From the NCBI RefSeq assembly GCF_047555085.1, contig NZ_CP180230.1, forward strand, positions 180,001 through 212,000: a stretch of 32,000 nt of DNA, read 5' to 3'. This DNA is from Candidatus Saccharimonadota bacterium (lineage in GTDB: Archaea; Nanohalarchaeota; Nanosalinia; Nanosalinales; Nanosalinaceae). The translations under genes and the position numbers were made by a program. Positions 25,139 through 32,000 of this stretch are shown in pieces. How positions within the stretch are numbered: position 1 is the stretch's first letter; the number at the start of each line of letters is the position of its first letter. The notes below the pieces were generated by a model. That model did no database searches. It worked only from the letters and a program-made list of their open reading frames with translations, and was not told the DNA's origin.

Positions 25139-25795
25139 TTATTCGTCGTGTCTTACCATTGTTCGATCGATCCTTCCGACCTCTGGACCTGTCGTGTCCT
25201 CGCTGACAAGGATAGCAGAATCGTTCGCAAGAGCACCAGCACCTACAAAAGGAGATCCTCCGTTAGTTGTCCCGATATCGATATCCTCAAGATCCATAAC
25301 TTCTTTGATATGCTTTGCCTCGTCTTCAGAGGCCTCTCTATGGATAACAGATCCTATAGAGTTCGCAAGAGCGCATACGCCGGGATTTGAGATTCCGGCA
25401 ACTTCACCAACTTCAACAGGTACTTCCAGTACCTCTTCAATCTCATCTATATCGTCTTCGAGAACTTTGCTTACTATAGCACCTTTATCGTTCGCAAGAA
25501 TAAGATTGCCGAGCGCTGTCTCCTGTGTCTCAAGAACCTTGAAATCAACGCCTGATTCCTCCAGCTTGGCCTTCTCTCTGCTGCTTACAGTCTCAGGTAT
25601 CAGTATACAGTTCGAGTTTCCTGCTGTGAACAGGCCTACAAGACGGGTCTTTGCGATATATGTCTCTGCACTGTTCTCTACATCAAATATTTCCTTCCGG
25701 GAGAACTCTGGAGGGAAGATAGCCTGACTGCTCGTAACAGTAGCGTAAAATCCTATGTTGCTGTTGCCGAGATAGTCGTATCTTTCAATTTCCAA
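25139..25795 (-). CDS. eif6: Translation initiation factor 6 (aIF6)
   Basis: 218 aa with the pentein repeat pattern (GNSNIGFYA, GLFTAGNSN, GNLILANDKG, NPGVCALANS, GALANDS). Apparent TTG start, with an in-frame TGA immediately upstream. Confidence 0.9.
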   Translation of the reverse strand: MEIERYDYLGNSNIGFYATVTSSQAIFPPEFSRKEIFDVENSAETYIAKTRLVGLFTAGNSNCILIPETVSSREKAKLEESGVDFKVLETQETALGNLILANDKGAIVSKVLEDDIDEIEEVLEVPVEVGEVAGISNPGVCALANSIGSVIHREASEDEAKHIKEVMDLEDIDIGTTNGGSPFVGAGALANDSAILVSEDTTGPEVGRIDRTMVRHDE

Positions 25796-25873
25796 GTATA
25801 TTCACTGCTCCGGAAAGAAAATTTTCTGCAGGAAAAGCTGAGGCCTGAACTAGAGAAGTATAAAGAGAATCTT

Positions 25874-26044
25874 TCACTCTATACTGTTTCTTCTCCAGTG
25901 CCTATCCTTCCTAGGTTTAATTGAGCGTTTTGCAGCTCTGTCAAGGCCGAAAGCCTTCAGTGAAACCCATCGTGGGGCTGACTTCGCCTTCTTGTTGGCT
26001 TTTGCCAGCTTCTTCTTAAGTGTGGAACTTTTGTTTGAACTCAT
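25874..26044 (-). CDS. rpl39e: Ribosomal protein L39e (56 aa, below the ORF-track cutoff)
   Basis: My translation is MSSNKSSTLKKKLAKANKKAKSAPRWVSLKAFGLDRAAKRSIKPRKDRHWRRNSIE. K.LAKA.K....P.WV and RHWRR are the L39e signature. It sits in the conserved position between the PDCD5-like gene and eif6. Confidence 0.8.
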   Translation of the reverse strand: MSSNKSSTLKKKLAKANKKAKSAPRWVSLKAFGLDRAAKRSIKPRKDRHWRRNSIE

Positions 26045-26077
26045 TATTGAACACCAATTATTGCTTTATACCTCAAA

Positions 26078-26404
26078 TCATCTCCTGAAGCTTATATTAC
26101 CCTCGCTATCTTCCTTCTCGCTCTGAAGATCACGGAGGATATCCTTCAAGTCTTCGTCACCAACCTTCTGTATGCGGCCCATCTCTCCGAGCCGTGCTAT
26201 CTGCGCCTCAACGCTCTGAGCAAGTTCAGGCCTGGCCATCCTGACATTTCCAAGCCTGGAACGGGCCTCATCGCTGAGATATTTGGAGGCCTTCTCTTTT
26301 ATCGCCTGACGCTGCTGCTCAACTTGCTCTTCTTGACTCTGTTGCTGCTCCTGAAGCTCCTTCATCTTCTCTTCACGAAGCCTGTCAAGCTCATCGTCAG
26401 ACAT
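26078..26404 (-). CDS. PDCD5/TFAR19-family DNA-binding protein
   Basis: 108 aa. A charged N-terminal helix, then LS.EARSRLGNVRMARPELAQSVE.QI..L...G.I, typical of archaeal PDCD5 homologues. GAGGTGGAG lies 5 nt upstream of the ATG. Confidence 0.8.
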   Translation of the reverse strand: MSDDELDRLREEKMKELQEQQQSQEEQVEQQRQAIKEKASKYLSDEARSRLGNVRMARPELAQSVEAQIARLGEMGRIQKVGDEDLKDILRDLQSEKEDSEGNISFRR

Positions 26405-26435
26405 TCTTTCTCCACCTCGTTTTGAGGCCTGATTT

Positions 26436-26843
26436 TTATGCTACTTCTTCGGATTTTTCGTCAAGGAAACTGCGGCCTTCATCAGTCAATTTACGTCCTT
26501 CTCCTTCCTCTGTCTCGAGGTATCCTGCTTCTTCAAGATTCTGAAGAGCAGTTCTGATGACTTTTCCTGAGGCCTTTCCGTGGTGCTCAGGTCCGTGGCC
26601 GTTGTTCTTGTTACCGCCGAAGATAGTTCGAAGCTTGGAAACTCCAAGAGGTCCATCAGTATAGATTCTTCTCAGGATAGCGGCACTTCTGATATGGTAC
26701 CAGTTCTCCTGCTGTGGAGGAGTGTCTTTATCACTCCCTGTTTTTACATAATCTGTCCATTCAGGGGCCTCAAAGTCGTCTTCAAGCTTATCTGCAACCT
26801 CCATAATCAGAGGTTCTGCTTTTACATCATAAACCGTCGTCAT
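26436..26843 (-). CDS. rps19e: Ribosomal protein S19e (start reassigned to ATG 26843)
   Basis: MTTVYDVKAEPLI...PEW.D.VKTG..K..PPQQ.NW...R.A.ILR..Y matches S19e from its usual N-terminus. ATTTAAAAG lies 27 nt upstream of ATG 26843. Confidence 0.9.
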   Translation of the reverse strand: MTTVYDVKAEPLIMEVADKLEDDFEAPEWTDYVKTGSDKDTPPQQENWYHIRSAAILRRIYTDGPLGVSKLRTIFGGNKNNGHGPEHHGKASGKVIRTALQNLEEAGYLETEEGEGRKLTDEGRSFLDEKSEEVA

Positions 26844-26864
26844 ACAACAAAACCGATGTTCAAA

Positions 26865-26876
26865 AACTTTTAAATC
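26865..26876 (-). promoter_or_regulatory. TATA box for rps19e
   Basis: The minus strand reads GATTTAAAAGTT, centred 27 nt upstream of ATG 26843. Confidence 0.5.
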
Positions 26877-26945
26877 ACCCGCGAACCTGTCGATTTCAGG
26901 ATAGGATACAAACATTAATACGCAGGCCTCCAGAAAAACTACGTG

Positions 26946-27341
26946 ATGGAGAGGCCTGAAATATCCCGGCTACCAACTTTACAGGATATAGAAGAGCTTC
27001 CGGAATGGGCGATGCCGCTGCTTTTCCTCGGTATAGTCATACTTATCTTCATCCTTTTCTCACTCGGCTACGGATTCCGGACCGTGCAGTCCGAAGCCAC
27101 GTGCTCACAGCAAGTATCTATATGCAGAGGCATCCCGACAGAAAACGGCTGTATAGGTCTCCAGACTCAGGAAACATTCTACGACTTACCTCAACAATGC
27201 GAACAGTACGATGTAATCACTTCCGCCTGTGAAAACTCGGCAGATGGAATACCGGTACAGGCCCTCGACGTATTCGGAAAAAGCTGTAACGAATGGTCTC
27301 AGGCCTATGATATAGATGTACCGGAATTGAATTCCTCCTAG
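26946..27341 (+). CDS. Small membrane-anchored Cys-rich extracytoplasmic protein (paralog of 12992-13450)
   Basis: TM helix PLLFLGIVILIFILFSLGYGF, then 6 Cys. ICRGIPTENGCIGLQ aligns with NCFGIEAGTCIGLQ of the other ORF. The nucleotide block TGTATAGG(T/C)CTCCAG is shared. Confidence 0.55.
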   Translation: MERPEISRLPTLQDIEELPEWAMPLLFLGIVILIFILFSLGYGFRTVQSEATCSQQVSICRGIPTENGCIGLQTQETFYDLPQQCEQYDVITSACENSADGIPVQALDVFGKSCNEWSQAYDIDVPELNSS

Positions 27342-27342
27342 T

Positions 27343-28449
27343 TCAGTACACCCATTCTCCGTTTTCCTGGACTAGTTCGCCGTCGACGAATATTTTTCCG
27401 CCGCCTGCGCGTTCTCTGAGATCTTTCACGATGTCCCAGTGGATGCTTGACTCGTTAGGTTCCTCTCCTTCCGGCATGCAATCTTCGTATGCTCTTCCTA
27501 TAGCCATATGGATCGTTCCGCCGATCTTCTCGTCGAAGAGTGTGTACTTGATGTATCTGTCGATCTGTCTATTTGTACCGATTCCCAGCTCTCCGATGTA
27601 CTTTGAACCGTCATCAGTGTTTATCATCTCCTTGAGGAACTCCTCGTTTTGATCTGCCGAGAAATCAACTATACGGCCTTCCTTAAACTCCAGTCGTATT
27701 CCCTTGATCTCGTTTCCTTCTGCAGTGACCGGATAGCTGAACTCTATATGACCTTCCAGAGAATCCTTGACAGGTGCGTAGAAAACCTCTCCATCCGGGA
27801 GATTGTGGTTACCGTCAGCGGTGACTCCTTCACGGCCCTCGATACTTATCTCGATATCTGTGGTGTCATCGACTATCCTGACTGTATCCCCGGCATCAAA
27901 AATCTCTTTTATCTCCTGATTCTTTCTCTCCAGATCCTCCCAGTCAGTTTTCACAACTGCATCGATAGCAAAGTCCTCAAATTCCTCTGTAGACATCTCT
28001 GACTGCTGTGCAAGGCCGTCAGTAGGATAAGCTGCCAGAACCCATTTAGTCCTTACTCTTTCATTGATGATATCTCGCGTGGTGCTTCTCCACCTAGAGA
28101 TCCTGTCTGCGTCGATAGAGGAAAGCTCCTGGAAATTATCAAGGCCTTTGATCTTGATCACAGCATCCATGTTCTCCATCTCCTCCATACGGGCCTCCGA
28201 GAACTCGTTCATCTGCTCATCGGAAGCATTTTTCATCCAGTAATAATCTTTCATCTCTCCTGACATAGTATCGTATAACAGATGCTCGTAAGGGAAAGCT
28301 CCTTTGTCTATAACCTGTCTCCGTACCTCCTTGAAAAGTGGAAGTGCCTGAAGAGACTTCGCCATTATAGATACGTTATCTCCCTTTTCGACCTCTGCTG
28401 CTTTTTCAACAATAACTTCTGCAAATTCCTTGATCCGTTCTTCAACCAT
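27343..28449 (-). CDS. Aminopeptidase, M29 (AmpS/PepS/aminopeptidase T) family
   Basis: 368 aa. LPDGEVFYAPV, GELGIGTN and DEKIGGTIHMAIG match thermophilic metalloprotease M29 signatures. Confidence 0.85.
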   Translation of the reverse strand: MVEERIKEFAEVIVEKAAEVEKGDNVSIMAKSLQALPLFKEVRRQVIDKGAFPYEHLLYDTMSGEMKDYYWMKNASDEQMNEFSEARMEEMENMDAVIKIKGLDNFQELSSIDADRISRWRSTTRDIINERVRTKWVLAAYPTDGLAQQSEMSTEEFEDFAIDAVVKTDWEDLERKNQEIKEIFDAGDTVRIVDDTTDIEISIEGREGVTADGNHNLPDGEVFYAPVKDSLEGHIEFSYPVTAEGNEIKGIRLEFKEGRIVDFSADQNEEFLKEMINTDDGSKYIGELGIGTNRQIDRYIKYTLFDEKIGGTIHMAIGRAYEDCMPEGEEPNESSIHWDIVKDLRERAGGGKIFVDGELVQENGEWVY

Positions 28450-28502
28450 GTACAGAAATTCTGACTCCAGTTTTTTATTCTAAATTCCCGGAGGCCTGAA
28501 AA

Positions 28503-29678
28503 TTATCTCCAGTGTCTCAAAAGGAGGATGAAAGCCAAAAGCCCGATGAACCCTGTAGAAGCTGCTATGACATTGAAAGCTACCTGATAGCTGTAAGTAT
28601 CAACTACAAGACCTACAACAGGGAATGACACAGCGAAAGCAGCTCTGGAGACAAGGCCTCTAACAGAAAGCACTGTGGCTCGCATCTCCGATGAGATCAG
28701 TCCATTAAGATAATCCGAGATAACCGGCTTCGAGAATCCTCTGACTGCGCTCAGACAGGCTGCGAAGACGACAACTGCAATGTTCTGGAAAAAGCCGAGT
28801 AGCGTTATAGCTGCCACTGTGACGCCTAGAAGTGATAGAAGTGATTTTCTCCGGCCCAGAAAGTTCTCCAGTGTGTAGGCCTTTCTGGCGGCTACAGCAG
28901 AGATTATGCTGAGGCCTGCGAAGATCAGTCCGAAGTAGGCTACCTGTATCCCGGAAATCTGGAAGTATGGCTGGTACAGGTAGTAAGCTGATTTACCGGC
29001 TGCTGCGATTATAGCAGCGTAGACTACAAGCCATCTTATCTTCACACTGTTGACACAGTACTTCAGTATCCCCTTCAGCTTCCTTGAGCTCTCATCTTTC
29101 AGATCCTCGTGCTTTGAAGGCTCCCTCAGCGAAAGCGATAGAGGAATCAGCAAAATGTAGAGAGGCACCATGGCCATGATTGCGGCTCTCAGACTGAACT
29201 CTCCGATAAATCCTCCAAGTATACTGGCAACAGCGACAGATACAAGGCCGTAAAACGTTGCTTTCCCCCATATCTGATTGTACTTATCTTCAAGATCCAG
29301 CTCCTGCAGTGAATCATACATCACTGCCGATAATACGCCGGATTCAAGGACTGCACCCACTCCGAAAATCATCTCAGCCAGCAAAAACTCGTAGAATCCT
29401 GTACCAATGCTGTAGAGGCCTATACCAGCAGCCAGGAATAGTCCTGAAAGTGTCAGGCTTGTCCGTCGCCCGTAAAGATCTGCAAAATATCCTGAAGGTA
29501 CTTCCAGGCCTACAACAGTTACAGAATACGCAGTCTGCAGTAAAGCCACCTCTGTCATCGAAAGGCCGTTATCAAGGAAGAAAAGTACGATTACAGGTGT
29601 GAAAAGAGCGAAACTGGAGATTATCTTCCGCAGATAGATCTTCCAGATATTGCTTTCCAGAGATTTGAATTCATTCAT
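28503..29678 (-). CDS. MFS transporter (start reassigned to ATG 29678)
   Basis: About 12 TM helices. GYFADLYGRR is an MFS motif-A-like loop. The track start at 29780 would overlap the thrS 3' end. TTTTTATTCTA lies about 25 nt upstream of ATG 29678. Confidence 0.75.
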   Translation of the reverse strand: MNEFKSLESNIWKIYLRKIISSFALFTPVIVLFFLDNGLSMTEVALLQTAYSVTVVGLEVPSGYFADLYGRRTSLTLSGLFLAAGIGLYSIGTGFYEFLLAEMIFGVGAVLESGVLSAVMYDSLQELDLEDKYNQIWGKATFYGLVSVAVASILGGFIGEFSLRAAIMAMVPLYILLIPLSLSLREPSKHEDLKDESSRKLKGILKYCVNSVKIRWLVVYAAIIAAAGKSAYYLYQPYFQISGIQVAYFGLIFAGLSIISAVAARKAYTLENFLGRRKSLLSLLGVTVAAITLLGFFQNIAVVVFAACLSAVRGFSKPVISDYLNGLISSEMRATVLSVRGLVSRAAFAVSFPVVGLVVDTYSYQVAFNVIAASTGFIGLLAFILLLRHWR

Positions 29679-29742
29679 ACGGAAAAATTTGAACTTGTAG
29701 AATAAAAAGAAAAAATTTGATAAAAAAGAAGAGATGGAGGCC

Positions 29743-31665
29743 TCAGCCCAGGAACTCTGGCTCCAGGCTCTTGTCCTCAACCTCCTGTCTCAAGGCCTCT
29801 CTGAACTCTTCCAGATCTACGTCACCTTCTTCACGCTCTTCTCTATCTCTGACGGAAATGTTCCCGGCCTCTTCCTCGTCATCTCCAAGAATAAGCATGT
29901 ATGGCACGTTGTCGTCGTGAGCGGCCTGAATCTTCTTCCCGACGGTCCAGGAACGATCCTCGATCTCCACTCTGAACTTTGAAAGTTCTTTCTGGATCTT
30001 TTCAGCATAGGCCTTGTTGTCATCCGTTACAGGAAGGATACGCACCTGTTCCGGTGCAAGCCATGTCGGGAAGTCTCCTGCAAAGTGTTCGATCATGACT
30101 CCCATGAAACGTTCGATAGATCCGAGGATCGCACGATGGATCATGACGGGGTAATGGTCCTCGTTGTCCTCTCCGACGTACTTCAGTCCGTAGTTACGCG
30201 GGATGACGAAATCGAGCTGGACTGTACCCAGCTGCCATTCTCTTCCGATCGCATCTTCCACCTCGACACCGATCTTAGGCCCGTAGAACGCTCCTTCTTC
30301 CTCGTTAATCACATAGTCATCTACTTTCTCATCTAACGCGTTCTTCAGGGAGCTTTCTGCTTCTTCCCATAATTCATCCGGTCCCTGAGCCTTCTCAGGC
30401 TTTGTCTCGAGTATAAAGTTGACATTAAATCCGAACTCATCGTACATCTCGATAATGATCTGGAGATGCTTCTTGATCTCCTCCTCGATCTGATCCTTAC
30501 GGATATAGGCGTGGCCATCGTCTTGGGTCATACCTCTAACGCGTAAAAGGCCTGAAAGCTCTCCACTCTGTTCATTCCTGTAAACTGTCCCGAACTCGGA
30601 AAGCTTGATAGGCAGCTCTTTGTAACTCCTTTTACCGGAGTCAAATATATGCGAATGGTTCGCACAGTTCATAGGCTTGAGGCCGTACTCTTCATCGTTT
30701 TGCTCCCAGGCAAACATCTCGCCTTCCTCCTTGAAGGCCTCGTAGTGCCCCGTTTTCTTCCATAGCTCTGCTTTATTCAGTTCTGGTGTCCAGACTTCCT
30801 CGTAGCCGAGTTCTTTATTCTTCTGGCGGATGTATTCCTCGAGCTCTCTTCTCATCTTCATCCCATCTCTGTGGAAATGTGCGGCACCTGGCGAGAAATC
30901 AGGGATCGAGAACAGTTCCATCTCCTGTCCGATCCTCCTGTGATCACGCTTTTCAGCCTCTCTGCGCTTCTCCATGAAATCTTCGAGATCTGCCTCGGAG
31001 GAGAAAGCTGTTCCATAAACTCTTGTAAGCATCTCGTTCTCCTCATCGCCTCTCCAGTAGGCGCCAGCGATCTCCAGAAGCTTGAAGGCCTCAACTTCCC
31101 CCGTAGATTCTACGTGAGGGCCTTTACATAAGTCCTTGAACTCTCCCTGCTTGTAAAAGGAAACTTTGTCTCCTTCAGAGGCCTCTTCATCCAGGATCTC
31201 TCGTTTATACTCGTTGTCCTCGAAGAAATCTTCAGCCTCTTCTCGTGGGACTAGTTCACGTTCTATCGGAAGATCTTCTTCGATTATATTCTGCATCTCT
31301 TCCTCGATTTCTTCGAAATCCTCCTGATCCAGATCGACTCCGTCGATATCGTAGTAGAATCCTTCATCAGTCCAAGGTCCGATCGTAAGCTTTACTTCGT
31401 CGCCGTAGATCCTCTTCAAGGCCTGTGCGAATACGTGTGCGGCGCTGTGGCGCAGGACTTCGATGTATTCTTCGCTCTGATCTGTTACTATGTGGACGGT
31501 ATCTCCGTCTGAGACATGTTCCTCTTTGGCTACGAGTTCGCCGTTGATCTTTCCGGCTACTGTATCGTCTCCAAGGCCTGTTCCTATCTCGTAGGCCACA
31601 TCTTCTACTGTCGAGTTTTCTTCTACTTCTAAACTGGAGCCATCTGGTAGTTCTACTTCAATCAT
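29743..31665 (-). CDS. thrS: Threonyl-tRNA synthetase (TGS, editing, class II core and anticodon-binding domains)
   Basis: 640 aa. N-terminal TGS domain, editing-domain HSAAHV motif, class II motifs (FRNE.SG.L.GL.RVR, GAFYGPKI) and a C-terminal anticodon-binding domain. Confidence 0.95.
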   Translation of the reverse strand: MIEVELPDGSSLEVEENSTVEDVAYEIGTGLGDDTVAGKINGELVAKEEHVSDGDTVHIVTDQSEEYIEVLRHSAAHVFAQALKRIYGDEVKLTIGPWTDEGFYYDIDGVDLDQEDFEEIEEEMQNIIEEDLPIERELVPREEAEDFFEDNEYKREILDEEASEGDKVSFYKQGEFKDLCKGPHVESTGEVEAFKLLEIAGAYWRGDEENEMLTRVYGTAFSSEADLEDFMEKRREAEKRDHRRIGQEMELFSIPDFSPGAAHFHRDGMKMRRELEEYIRQKNKELGYEEVWTPELNKAELWKKTGHYEAFKEEGEMFAWEQNDEEYGLKPMNCANHSHIFDSGKRSYKELPIKLSEFGTVYRNEQSGELSGLLRVRGMTQDDGHAYIRKDQIEEEIKKHLQIIIEMYDEFGFNVNFILETKPEKAQGPDELWEEAESSLKNALDEKVDDYVINEEEGAFYGPKIGVEVEDAIGREWQLGTVQLDFVIPRNYGLKYVGEDNEDHYPVMIHRAILGSIERFMGVMIEHFAGDFPTWLAPEQVRILPVTDDNKAYAEKIQKELSKFRVEIEDRSWTVGKKIQAAHDDNVPYMLILGDDEEEAGNISVRDREEREEGDVDLEEFREALRQEVEDKSLEPEFLG

Positions 31666-31719
31666 GAGAGATCTCCTGCAAAGTTTCTAATTTGATAGAA
31701 AAGATTTTGACAGCTAAAG

Positions 31720-31776
31720 TTAAAGCTGGCTTGGTTGCGAGACATGCGGTCGTGGAGTAGGACGTCCACCTTTCAT
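31720..31776 (-). other. Candidate micro-ORF d (18 aa): MKGGRPTPRPHVSQPSQL
   Basis: It lies upstream of thrS in the same orientation, 54 nt from stop to the thrS ATG. GGT-GGA-CGT is read in frame as GGR. Confidence 0.2.
31762..31770 (-). repeat. GGTGGACGT core motif copy
   Basis: The plus strand reads ACGTCCACC. It lies in the thrS-aTrm56 spacer and is oriented toward thrS. Confidence 0.8.
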
Positions 31777-31802
31777 TGCATCAAAAGTTGAGGCCTCTGC
31801 TC

Positions 31803-31816
31803 TTAATAATTTATGC
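31803..31816. promoter_or_regulatory. Shared AT-rich TATA-like block between aTrm56 (+) and the thrS-upstream micro-ORF (-)
   Basis: TTAATAATTTATGC lies about 22-25 nt upstream of ATG 31832 (+) and about 34 nt upstream of ATG 31776 (-). Confidence 0.35.
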
Positions 31817-31831
31817 CAGTAAAATCCATGT

Positions 31832-32000
31832 ATGATCAAAGTTCTCCGCCTCGGACACAGAAGAGGCCGCGACGACAGAATATCCACTCACGTAGGCCTC
31901 ACAGCACGCCAATGGGGAGCTGATGAAATAATCTACTCCGGAGAAAAAGACACTAACATACTGGAAAGCCAGAGAGACATCATCGATCGCTGGGGCGGCG
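31832..32000 (+). CDS. tRNA (cytidine56-2'-O)-methyltransferase aTrm56, N-terminal 56 codons (3' end outside the window)
   Basis: My translation [40 protein letters not shown]...RWGG matches the conserved aTrm56 N-terminus ([18 protein letters not shown]). The ORF is open to the window end. Confidence 0.75.
   Translation, partial: MIKVLRLGHRRGRDDRISTHVGLTARQWGADEIIYSGEKDTNILESQRDIIDRWGG

Noticed and set aside
24042-25727. Long plus-strand ORFs (198 aa at 24042-24638 and 202 aa at 25119-25727) antisense to ppsA and eif6
   Set aside because: They have Leu/Ser-rich shadow-ORF composition, no recognisable family and full overlap with strongly supported genes.
26844-26915. 5' extension of rps19e (MFVSYPEIDRFAGDLKVFEHRFCC)
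   Set aside because: S19e homologues start at MTTVYDV, and the TATA box lies within the extension.
29679-29780. 5' extension of the MFS transporter ORF overlapping the thrS 3' end
   Set aside because: It would overlap thrS coding sequence by 38 nt. ATG 29678 has a TATA-like box 25 nt upstream, and the MFS homology begins there.

Overview
Compact, about 90% coding archaeal chromosomal segment. GC is roughly mid-40s percent by eye and the predicted proteins are strongly acidic (D/E-rich). Archaeal hallmarks include aIF6, r-proteins S19e and L39e, Pth2, aTrm56, EndA, TruD/Pus7 and archaeal-type GlyRS, TrpRS and PheRS. Low GC, an acidic salt-in type proteome and small tightly packed genes suggest a nanohaloarchaeon-like (DPANN) halophile; this is inference only. 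Most of the window is housekeeping: five aminoacyl-tRNA synthetase genes (glyS, trpS, pheS, pheT, thrS), pgk, ppsA, ndk, one tRNA-Val, a ribosomal/translation cluster, peptidases and an MFS transporter. The one accessory-looking block (17.4-22.0 kb) is an envelope operon: processive GT2 synthase, GT-C glycosyltransferase, membrane-anchored thioredoxin-like protein and a small Cys-containing membrane protein. A membrane-tethered winged-helix protein lies next to it. No CRISPR array, rRNA, transposase or integrase was seen. The signals most worth follow-up are listed here. (1) The palindrome AGGCCT is extremely over-represented: about 130 copies by manual count against about 6 expected. It occurs in all codon phases and in nearly every spacer. 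(2) A GGTGGACGT core occurs four times, in or at the edge of the three motif-bearing long spacers. Each copy is read in-frame as Gly-Gly-Arg within a 13-23 codon micro-ORF that has its own TATA-like box and lies upstream of glyS, a GNAT gene (two copies) and thrS. (3) Three unrelated proteins (PEP synthase, a HerA-like ATPase, a bitopic membrane protein) carry C-terminal winged-helix modules. All counts were made by eye and are approximate.
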